From the NCBI GenBank assembly GCA_045837725.1, contig JBEWZL010000103.1, positions 1-64,000 on the forward strand: a stretch of 64,000 nt of DNA, written 5' to 3'. Shown one piece after another: positions 50,739 through 62,411 of the stretch. Under the pieces are notes generated by a model that had not been told where the DNA came from, searched no databases, and saw only the letters and a program-made list of their open reading frames with translations. Both the position numbers and the translations under genes were made by a program. How positions within the stretch are numbered: the stretch's first letter is position 1; every line of letters begins with the position of its first letter. The DNA is from Vermamoeba vermiformis. Taxonomy: Eukaryota.

Positions 50739-52253
50739 CTATTTATTTACGGTGACTACAACCGCTTTAGACCCGTTTTCTTCAAATTGCCTTACTGCCT
50801 CGCCGATCCGATCCAAATTAAACGATGTGAAAACAGGTCCTTGGATCGATTGATGCGCTGCCATATTGAGTACCTCGTTGAGTATATGAAGCACTCGGCC
50901 TTGTTGACTGCCGCTCATTACTAACGAGTGCGCATTTAAGAATGATACGGAGTTATTCTTCAGCAACAATTTTTCAGTCTCTGGAGGGTCCAACTAGCAA
51001 AAAAATATTAAAATAAGCATAATAACATACTCTTACTTATTTAGAACATTTAGAGATGAAAAGTAGGAAATGTATGGATGCGATCCCAAAATTTGACTTA
51101 CTTGTAAGGCTGTCGAAGTAATATAATGACCATTAATAGCCAAGCACTTGATTAAATCCGATTTTAGGCTGCTAGAATCGCCATATCGTCCATTTTCAAT
51201 AATTCCGTCGACCCCTAAATTGGCCGTTTCTTCCATCACCTTCGGCACCAAATGTTCAACACTAAGATCGATTAATCTTGCAATTTTGCAAGGAGTAGAT
51301 CTTAAGAATGCTGCTTCTTGACTGTCTTTCACTACTGCTATAACTTTTGCTCCAAAAACATGTGCGATCTGGATCGCGGTTACCCCGTTCGGCTTGATCG
51401 CGAAATTTCGATTAGTAATTGTCAAAATGAACCTGCAAATAGTGTTTACGTACTGAGGCGGCATTGACTACTAGAATAGTGTCACCTTGGGTTATTTTAA
51501 GTTTGTAATGTAGTGCCGTCAAGGCGTGAAGTCCCGAGGACAAAAGTGCTACTGATTGTTCGTGACTGAGCACCGGTGGCTTTTTAACTGGCCAAATATA
51601 TCATATATTAATACGCTATAATGATTTATAAATAAAATAATAATAAAAATAGCAGCTCAAGTTCGAAATTATTAAGATTAAGTACTTGAAAATCGATCTC
51701 GATCCGCATTGAACAACACGTACCAAAGTAATAAGGCTCGATGGAAATATACTCTGACAATCCTCCGCCAATATCGGCCGGAATAATTCCTGCGAAGCAA
51801 GGTCAGTCACAAGATTAATTCAGGGTGTAGTATTGTTCTTACCCGAAACTTCTTCGCCGACTTTAAATTCCTCTGAAACTTGGCTGCCTATTTGTTCAAT
51901 AACTCCGCTAATATCTGTTCCTGCTGCGATTGGTAAAGGCACTGAAAAAAAACAAAAAAGAATGAGATCGCTATACGTGAGGATAGATTTGATAATTTAC
52001 CTTTGTAAAATCCATTTTTAATTTTTATTTCGTTATTGGTGATTGCTGATGCATAAATTTTGATTCGTATTTGATTTGGCAGCAGATTAGGTATAGGAAC
52101 CTGTCAAAAATTACAATTAATTCCATAGGCATAGGGTATATTATAATCCGTAATATAATACGTATTCGTGGCATTCCAAATTTTACAGCGCATTCAGAAT
52201 CTTACCGAGATAATTTCGAAATTTTTTTCTTGTGTTACTTGCACTGACTTCAT
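50739..52253 (-). CDS. CRYZL1: Quinone oxidoreductase-like protein 1 (zeta-crystallin-like)
   Basis: MDR fold (GLHALTALHYKL, AIQIAHVFGAKV, VMEETANLGVD). LQLDPPETEKLLLKNNSVSFL..SGSQQGRVLHIL is characteristic of CRYZL1. Confidence 0.82.
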
Positions 52254-52452
52254 TATACTCGTAAGAATAGCAGATATTATAACGTTACAATGTAGTATTG
52301 CACAAATGAACTTTTTTTTGTGGTTGTCAGCGACAATAGTGTAAAAAATTGCTTTTCGTTTGTACAACCTTCTAGAAACCACAATAGCATGTTAATATAG
52401 TTACAATAGTGTATATATTTTATCTATTCCTTGTATAATCACAAAGCAAATC

Positions 52453-55055
52453 ATGCAACGAGATTCGAGGCAATCTGACCCGAATTACTTGCAACTGCTT
52501 GGTAGTCGAGAAATTCAGCCAAAGAGCGACAATTCATTCAAGAAGCAATTAAATAACGAACATATTAAGCACCTTGCAATCGAAAAAGTATTTCAAACGG
52601 ATACGCATCGAGGGTGCATTTTTGGAATAAAATTTTCTCCCGACGGAAAGTATTTAGCCGCTGCTACTAGTAAGTATTAACTAAAATATATTTCATATTT
52701 TTGTATTTTCATATTTAAAGAATTATTCTCTAATTGTCTATTTCGAAATAAAGCGGATTCGGTCGAGATTTGGGATCACGCCATAGGCAAAAAGACATTG
52801 GTATTGCTAGATCATAAAGAGATCGTGACGTCAATAGTATGGATGAAGCACGATCCTCAGTGCTTTTACACCGCATCTCTTGACAAAACCATAAAATTCT
52901 ACCGGGACTTTACACCAGTTGCCACATTGACCGATCATGCAGGTATGATAGCCCATATAAATAATATACATATTATCATGTACACATATACTTTTAATCG
53001 GAATTCTGAATTAGTAAAGCGAGATCTAAATCTTTACTAATTTACATCCGCTTACCTTTAACGTAAAATTATAAAAATTATAATATTTCTCGTGCCAAAC
53101 ACGTGCTTATATTTGTATAGATTGGATTCGATGTCTTGCAGCAAATCCGTCAGACTCAACAGTCATTTCTGGATGTGTTTCATCGCGCATTTATGGATGG
53201 GACACGGAGACTAACAAATCGAAATTCAAGATTATGAATGCACATTTTTCGGCAGTAAGTATCAAAATATATAGTTGTGGTAGCAAATAGAGAGCCCTTG
53301 AATACCTCAAAGCGGATACGATCTTTATTTTGACTAGAATTCTTTCGACAGGCACCCTAATCCTATAACTAATCGTATTCTTGCTAATTTTTGATATTCT
53401 AGAAATACACAGACCTCAATACAATCAATAGTTTAAATTACTCAACGAATAACGATGCCATTTTTATCTCGGGTGCTCGCGATGGATCCGTTCGCTTCTG
53501 GGACAGGTACGCAACGTCTTATATTTATCTATCGTATGATTTTACATATTTACTGCGTTTGTTGATCCTACACGAGATATTCATAGTTCGTGTACTGGCA
53601 ATTATTTTGCGAAGAAATTCTTCGGAGAATAATTTGTGGAACGAATTTACGTGCTGGTAGTCTAATTTTGAGTCTTTATATAGTCGAGCGTTATATGGCG
53701 ATCAGCCAGTATTCGAATTAGCTGCTCATGAAGCCAAACTCAACAACTGCATGTTTTCTCAAAATGATTTATACGTAAGCTTTACTCAATTTAATCGATA
53801 ATTAATTCCGAGAAATAGCTAATTAATATATTATTAGTTGCTTACCGCAGGAAGGGATAGTAAATGTCGATTATGGGACCTGAGGATGTTTACTTCAAAT
53901 ACCTCGCTAAATTCAGTCAGGTACGTTTTAGTTAATAACAACATCCGGCTTACATTAATTAAATTCATATAATTAGTGCTAAGGCTGCGATGGAATATAC
54001 TGGACATAGCTGCGCTGGATACAATGTTGGCGGAGCATTTTTTAATTTTGATAAGAATATTGTTAGTGGTACGTACAGGCATTTGTTCGAAAAAATACAA
54101 ATATTAAATATAAATTCGTTGTTAGGATCGGAAGATAAGAAGATTTATATTTACGATACTCAGAGCGGAGAATTAGTTAAAGAATTGGAGAACCCGCATT
54201 TTACTCAAACAGTTATACATTGCGTGCAACCTGTAAATAGCACCGAATTATCATTAGTTAGTGCCTCGATAGACAACGTAAGTTCTAGTCTCTTCTATAA
54301 TTTCTCTCGAATTTTTTTGGATCCGAATCCGTTTGTAACGAGTTCTATTTTTAGAACAGGATCTCGTTTTGGAGTCCCGTAAAAGACAAAGAAAAGAGCA
54401 TTCCGCTGTATTATTCAAAAGAAAACAAGAAACCAGGAGTCCTCAACGGTCCTAATAATAACAACAATAATAACAACAGCGGAGGTGGATCTGCCAACGG
54501 CCAAGCTGATTCTGATGAGGAAGATGAAGCTGTGTTCCAAGAATATGCACGAAATGAACGACCGTTATTAGAGGGATTTATGCGAATCAACGGCGATCAA
54601 ATATTGCGCGTGTTTCATCGGTACAATTTTACGCTGTCGAGTAACTTGGACTGGGCCAGATTATTCGAGGCTGTGCGAAGAGATCCTTACCCTGAAGCCG
54701 TGGATTTAGTACGTTGATATCCTATATTAATACGATATGCATAGTACTTTACTGGATGCGATACTGAAGCACATCCAAAAAATCAAATCAATTTTTGAAT
54801 GTGAAGCACCTAATAATACGTTATGCTTACTAGTATTAATGAAATTTCCTTATTTAGATAACGAAATTAGCCCACGAGTTTGCGCAATCTTTCACCCGCA
54901 TAAATGAAAACGCCGGAACAAATACAAACGCCATGGATGGTGAATTCAGTGGCGAAGAATATGTTGAAGACGGTGATTATGAGGGTGAAGAGGACGAAGA
55001 TAGTGATGACGAAGAGGTCGATCTGGAACAACAACCTGGATGCCGGCAGAGTTGA
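52453..55055 (+). CDS. WD40-repeat protein with acidic C-terminus ending in CaaX-like CRQS
   Basis: Multiple WD repeats (SGARDGSVRFWD, TAGRDSKCRLWD, SGSEDKKIYIYD). Last exon ends QQPGCRQS*. Confidence 0.85.
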
Positions 55056-55441
55056 TGTATCTGCAACGAACAAAACAACATGTAAAATAGCAAGTAAGTA
55101 AATACTCAATTTTGCGGGCCGAAAGGTAATTAATTAATTTAAGGTATCGAATATTGATAAATTTTGCGGTCACAAAAACGTGACCCGCTCAGAAAAAACT
55201 CGTTTTTAATAATTTTAGCGCCCAAATTAATGAAGCAAGCATAATTATAATATTATAAATATATTATGCATAAAATATGTATACGCTGCATTCGGAAACA
55301 ACTTCGGATTTACAAATCCAGCAGGTTGGATCTAAATGTGAACCGAGATATTTTAACTACGGGACCCAGTCCCAAAATTTGTTTAAATTCACGTAGCGAT
55401 CCTTTGAAGAATGTCTTTTATTTAGCTTTGTTTATCGCAAG

Positions 55442-57276
55442 ATGCAACAACTCGTAACATTGGTTCTTTGCTTCTTTGTGGCTTTTTCAACAGCCGCGCC
55501 AAAGGAGATCCGTCCAACGGATGCAGACTGGAGATCAGTACTCTTAAACCTTCAAGCAGGCGATGTCGTAACTGTTCATGAAGGCACGTACACGCTTGAA
55601 GGAAAGTTCGCGGCTACTTGGACTGGAACTGAAACGAATCCGATCGTCGTTCAAGCAGCTTCAGGTGAAGGACGTCCAGTGTTCAAACAAACAACTCAAG
55701 AAAATATTTGGAACCTCAACGGTGCTTATTTTGCGGTGAAGGGCATTGAATTTACAGGCGGAGGTCGTGGAGTCCGTTTGGGCGAAACTTCAGGTAAGTT
55801 TTGAATCAGAATCAAAAATAATCTGTATTATTAGGAAAATAATTTTATTAATTATCTAATGAATTATGGCAGATACTTCGCACGTTGTGTTCGACAGCAT
55901 TTACATCCACGATATTGGTGCCAACGCTTTCAGCGCCAACGACGGCGGTAGAACCTACGAGAACATTACTTTGAGATACAGCGAGTTCAGTGGCACAAGT
56001 ACGTAAAAAGCAACAAGAATTAATCGTGATTCGCCCTCGAGCGGAGTTTGGATGGAGAACTTTGACTGACTAATGAAATTTCAGAGCTTAGCGGTGAATG
56101 CGTCTATATGGGCTGTTCAGCCGATGGTTGCAGAACGTTCAATTCTATTGTTGAGTTCAACTACTGCCACGATACAACGACTGATGGCTCAGGCTCAGGC
56201 GCATCCGGCTTCCAAATCAAGACCGGATCTCACAACAACATCGTCCGCCATAACGTCTGCAAGAATATTCCTGGTGTTTGTGTGCTTCTCTACGACGACT
56301 ATGATCGCGGAGTCAATCTCATTGAAGGCAACGTTGCTTTGGGAACTCAAAGCGACAACGGCATTCAAGTGACTGCTGGTGCTATTGTTAGAAATAATCT
56401 TGTTATTGGTTGGGGCCCTAGTAAGCATAATTCAATTCTTTTTTCTTGATCAGTTTTCTTGGATGCACATCCAAGTTTCTGATTTTGTTTTTGATCGTTT
56501 CTAATCCCCTTAAATAGAGGCCGCTGGAATTTACATCTCTGTCAACTCAGTTACGACTAATCCTCGTAACATCGTTATGATCCATAACACGGTCTATAGC
56601 ACCAACAGCGCGGCCAGATGCTTGAATGTTGAAAGCAGTACGACCAACTCCGTGATCTCAAACAACGTTTTCTATTGCCCTGGTACCGCTGCGATTAACG
56701 GAGGCCCATTCAACAGTAAGTTGTAGTACTCACATCTTTCCGATGAAATTTCGAAGAACTGATCCAATTTCGAAGGTGTTACCGTTACAAATAACGGTTA
56801 CTTGGGATCTGTGCCTACCATCCCCAGCTCAAACTTCTTATTATCCTCAACTGTTGCTCAAGTCTTTGCTAATGCAGCCAACAACAACCTTTATCCTGCT
56901 GTCGCATCCGCACTTATTAAAGCTGGTGACGCATCTCACTCGACTGAAACAGATTTCAACGGCTTGCCTCGTAACAACCCTCCCACTGTCGGTGCATACG
57001 TAAGTATATCACTCTTATCTGAAGAATACTAAGACTAACTCAATGTAGGAATTCACGATGGATACCAACCCTGGCTGGCAAGTCCAAGGAGGCTTCAAAC
57101 AACTCGCCAATGGTGCTGCGCCACTCTCCGATACTATTACTCCTTCTGCTACGCCATCAGGCTCATCTAACGGTCCTTCAGCTTCTAACAGCCCTAGCGC
57201 GCGCACTTCTGGCGCTACAACTTTCGGTTCGTTATTGTTATCCTATCTTATTGTTATTTTGGTAATCTCATGCTAA
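55442..57276 (+). CDS. Secreted right-handed parallel beta-helix (pectin-lyase-fold) protein with S/T/P linker and hydrophobic C-terminal anchor
   Basis: Signal peptide; LQAGDVVTVHEGTY, GTETNPIVVQA, GECVYMGC, GFQIKTGSHNNIVRHN, DFNGLPR..PTVGAYE. A possible extra 29-nt intron would move the stop to 57311. Confidence 0.82.
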
Positions 57277-57585
57277 TGCCAATATATTAGGTCTTGGTTC
57301 ATTGGCTGTAGTTGCCCTCCTGGCATTCTGCTAATTCGATCAAATAAACCTTGTCACGTGTTACTCTTTTGTTGACCGGTGGTTGCTTTGTTGTTATTTT
57401 AATAGTAGTTATTAATAAACTGGAATTGTACGCTACCTTAACAAAGAGAGACTTGAATATCAAAAGCCCTTGTTGCGCCAAACCTTAGTACCAAAAAAGG
57501 ATCGCTAAATTTATTTCATTTATTTTTTCTCGCCAACCAAAAGCAACTAATGTTAATACGTTTCTATATTAGTAACGCATAGGCC

Positions 57586-60022
57586 ATGAGTTCTAAGTAA
57601 GTTTCAGACGTAAACAAGCTCTGGAGGCTGACAGAATTATTAATTCAGATCGAATGGAAGTCCGAAAGGAGCGGACAATGTCATCCGCCAAATGGAGCAA
57701 AAAATGAAGGAATATGAATCCGAATTTAAATTCATTTTAGGTACGTCAGAGAAATTGATCTGGATCCGAGAAATCTTGACATAGATATTTTAGAAAAATT
57801 ATTCATCGCATGATTATGATACTATATCCATATATAAACGTTATAGAGCGGTTTTTTGACGTCTATAAATTATTTTGAATTTAGATTTTAATTTTCTATT
57901 TTCAGATCCAAAACCTTTCATCGCCAGATTGGATGGCAACCGATTCTCGAACTTTATGAAAGGCTTTCGTAAACCCAACGACTATAGAGGTACCAATAAA
58001 CGCTTATTAACATCTTTATTTGCTTCTAACGCTAGTTTTCAGTGGATACCGCAATGATTTTGACTGCTCAAGACGCCATCATTAGATTTCATTGCGTTTC
58101 AGCTTATGTTCAAACCGACGAGATATCTTTAGTAAGCCTTACGTACCATAATGATTCAATTTGGCTAACCACCAATTTTCTCGATCAGATCTTTCAGAAA
58201 AATGAAAACAATAAAGAGCGAGTTTTGCGCTTAGTCTCGATGATATCGGGCTATTGCAGCGTTAGGTAAGTCATATCGAGAGTTATTTAAGATTCTGGAT
58301 TAAAGTCCTTTTTTCCAAAAATAGGTTCAACTTCCATTTAGCGAGGCAACAATTCGACAGCGCAACTGAAAAAGACGTAAGATCATTTCATATAATATAT
58401 AACGCTTATATGGTATATATATAATCTAATCATGTTAATAGCTCATCGAAAAAGTCAACAGCAACGTCGCTTTTTTTGACTGCCGGATCTTCACTTTGCC
58501 GACCGAACTTGACGTTACAGTAAGTCTAACGATATAATAATATGCCACAATAGCTCATACTTGACGCTAGCAAAACATTTTCTTGCGAGCTGCTTATGCC
58601 CGAAGAAACAGCAAGTCAGTTCTTGGTCGCGCAGTGCTCGGTCATCAAGCCATTCAAAATTTGCCCTCGGACCTTGTAAGTTTCTGCGACAACTTTAAAA
58701 ACGGCAAAAACATTGAAATTTCCTTTTTTGGATGATTTTTAATTACGGAAGCTACTCAAAATAGAACGAGTGGATTTTTTTTTGAACTTTTCGGAATCCA
58801 AACCGAACTTGTTTTATTGACGCATATAATTAGATTGCAAAAAGGATCCGAGAAGAAGAAGATGTTAATTGGGCTGATTTTGCACCGTTCTTCAAGTACG
58901 GCGTGGTCCTCAAACGACAGAAAAAAGCGAACAACACGTGCGTGATTAGCTCCGGTCAATTTCTGCTGCTCAGCTCACAACTGTGCGGACAACGCGTGAT
59001 GGACTTTGACAACAGAACGGACTACACGGAACAAGAAGTTGTCGCGACAGTTATGGGCCACGACAGCAGCGATGTGCCTGTGGGCATGAGTCGATTGTTC
59101 ACGACGATCAGCGACTTTGTGGCCTTGACTCAGAGTATTGAAGAGGTAAGCGTACTCACTCAACTCTGTATGACACGTGTCAATTTGACGTCCTTAAGAC
59201 ATTTCTTCGTGGTACTTGTGAATGAAAGAAATTAACGGCCTTGCGGTCCACAGCAAATTTGTTTTCAGCGTTGCTGTCTGGCAGAAAATACACGTATAGT
59301 ACTAACGTCCTTGGTTTAGAAAGTTGAATCCAAGTACGGCCATCACTTCAAAGAGATAGAGCCAGAGCCTTACGAAGCCAAGTTAAATCGCATCGATGAG
59401 TTCTTTGAAGGCATGGAACTCGAGCTCAAGAAAGATGTCAACATGAATTCCCCGCCACCAAAGAACAATAATAACAATTCGAAGAATTCTTTAAGCCCTG
59501 TTGCGTTAAATTTTAATAGACCAGTGCCGATGCAATTAGAAAATACGCAAATGATCGTCGAAGAGAATAGTTTGAACGTTCTTGAATTGTGGCACGAAAC
59601 TCCGAACGTCGTTCAAATCGCTCAAAATGAAATCTCCGAAGGTAATAGTCCGAAACAAGTCATCGATAAATGGATCAGTTCGATTGGCCAATCTTCTTCG
59701 CAAATAAGTAAGGAAATTTTATAGCATATCTTATGACATAAGTTATTAATAACTTTATTAGGGATTGATACGGCAAGGTGGAACAATGGCGAAACAACTA
59801 CGTTCATTACGAAGGTAAACGAAAAGAAATTTGATGTTGATAAGTATTTGCCTAATTAGGAAATTTTCATAGGTCATTTTGCCAATTCGGCTGGACCCGT
59901 GTCTTGGCGTTAGTGGTGGTCTTGGGGAAAGTACGACGAGTGCCGATGAGTCTTTGCAGCTTGCGTATAAAGACGCTGTGGATCTGCTCCTAGAGCAAAA
60001 TCTCATTCAAATAGTCCAGTAA
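57586..60022 (+). CDS. Thg1-like protein (3'-5' RNA polymerase / tRNAHis guanylyltransferase family) with long C-terminal extension
   Basis: KMKEYE, PFIARLDGNRFS, AYVQTDEISL, VSMISGYCSVRFN, FFDCRIF, RRNS and FKYG motifs. Exon chain is open to TAA at 60022. Confidence 0.88.
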
Positions 60023-60210
60023 TAGTAGCTGGTCAACTATTGTACCTAGAAGTGTATTATAAGCCCTTGTACATTGTAAATTTTTGAATTTTTATTAAAC
60101 AGACGAAATTTGTTGCTGGTCTAGCTTCATTAAAATGGAATTGGAATACAAGAAAAAATAATAGAGTTAGTATTTAATATAATGGTACATTCGTGGTACA
60201 AAGTTAGTTA

Positions 60211-61993
60211 TTATCCTTCGTTTGCCTCATGCTGCAACAATACACGGATCGAGTTTGAGAGTTCGTTCTCAAAATCGACATGAGCGCCTTTATACACGTC
60301 TTTGATTATGCCTTGCTTATTTAAGACGTATATCGTTGGATAAGAACGAACGTAGCACTTTGTAGCGAATTTTTTGGATCCGATCAGATTCGGATAATTC
60401 AATTTCATATTGTTTAGGACTATGATTGCATCGCTTTGCTTAGCATCTGTATTTACGCCATATACTACCAATTTATCTTGCTGAATCTCGGTTTGAAACT
60501 GATTGACGATGGCTTTCATGCTCGGCATCATTTTTATGCAGTAAGAGCAATCTCGATGCCAAAAATCTAGTATAACGACTTTACCTATAATTGTATTAAT
60601 ATAAATAATATTTGAATGCGGTATTAAAGTTAAAGGCTTACCAAGCAGGTCTGCTGAATTTACGATTTTTTCTTTATCTTCAAAGCAGTGTAATTGCCAT
60701 GGCGTTAATTCCATACCTTTCGTTTCTATTATTTCCGCGAAATCCCATTTCATATGATCAATATTATCTTCGTGCATTTGAGTAAATCCGTCGAGAATTT
60801 CTTTGGTCAGATCCAAATCCAACTTCTTTTTTGTTGAAACTAATATATCTTTGGCCTTATCGATCAAAGTCTGTACAATAGTGCTTATTTTATCCAATTT
60901 GTTGCAAAACACTTCGTATTCTAATGTTGCATCCAGACAAAGTTGAAATTCTTTCTCGATCGCTAAACAAGTTTGTTCATCAATCGTTGTTATATCGATA
61001 AGCTTGGTTAATGACTCTTTAGTAGATGGTACTGGATATCCTTCGCTAATTTGGCTTGATATTTCGACGGGCAAGCATTTCTTCAAGTCGAATCTGATCT
61101 TTTGCGAACAAGTTCGTAAGTGGATCCGATCTATTGGGCCTTCAAACTACAGATATATTAGAATATGTTTCATATATGCTATTTATCGGATTCTTACCCT
61201 CGATTCAAGCAATAAAATGTCTTGATCCGAACTTTTGAAAGTGTACACGAATTCTTTTTCCAAAAGAGTGTTTGTAACTTTCCATTCCGTTCTGTATATA
61301 ATATGCCCTTATTAATACATCTTTATAGTCCTTAGAAGTCGCTTATTAATGATGCACTTACTCTAAAGTCGGATTCGTAGCCAAGGCTGAAAAAATTTCT
61401 TGTGGATCGAAGTCCGTACCCATTTTAGTGTTGTAAACTACTGCTCCATCATCTTTTAAGTAGAAATATCCGATCTTTTGTCGCGGCTTGGTTTGTTCAA
61501 TCAACTGGCCATTAATTATTGAGAAAATTCGATTGATCCTGCATAGAACAATGAAAAATTAATATTTGAATACATAGTATAATAGTATTATTTAAATATA
61601 CATGTTCAATTATGCGCTGCTATAATGAATTGGTCAAGCTTGATTACCTTCTAAACCAAATTTTGACTCGATCAGTCTCCTTTTGCGTGATCCAAAACGA
61701 AATATCCGCGGTCCAAGCTGAGCTTTTATTGTTCTTATAATTAAGTCGGCCTAGGAACCAAATAAAAGTTAGTTTGCGTGTAAGGAGTTTCGCAATTTTC
61801 AATAAATAGATTCATTTGCTTTAACGCTTTCATAGCTATTTTTCATATAGCACAATGTAAATAATAAAAGTAAAGATTATATTGTTGTGCGCAGCGTAAT
61901 TTATAAGCGCTAAAGGTTTTTGAAAGTACCTTCTTCACGGTAGATCAATACAGTGCCAGGCTTCAGCGTGTATTTTACGTTTGATGTATTCAT
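60211..61993 (-). CDS. TlpA/redoxin-type thioredoxin-fold protein with large N-terminal domain, multi-exon
   Basis: GKVVILDFWHRDCSYCIKMMP (CxxC) and VRSYPTIYVLNKQGII. Upstream exons begin MNTSNVKYTLKPGTVLIYREE. Confidence 0.8.
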
Positions 61994-62411
61994 ATTGCTA
62001 GTGATAATAAAATGGGCGCATAAAGTCGCTAGAAACACTGTTCCGGAGTTGTCTACATTAATTTTCAGTGAAATTACTGCACATCTCCGGCTTAGATATT
62101 ATCTACGGCAACAAATCAGCCAATTATAACAAATTATATTAAAATTCATTAATTTATACCTGATGTCGATAGTAAAAAGACCGTTGGATCGGCAGATCAA
62201 AAAAGTGCGCGAAAAGTTGTCAACAAGTGCTGGCTTTTTCTGAATCGATTTGGAACCTGTAAACAATTTTATGATACATGTGCACTATTTGTCTCATTTC
62301 TATTGTATTGTTTAAATAATTAGGACACTGCAATTTTATTCGTCCGCAGATCTTTTCAGCCAACACCACAACGGTCCATTATTATTACCCTGCGTAGTAC
62401 CAGCATAAATA

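Noticed and set aside
54450-54480. AAT/AAC microsatellite-like runs (also near 35545 and 59463)
   Set aside because: Short poly-Asn coding tracts, ordinary for AT-rich protists.
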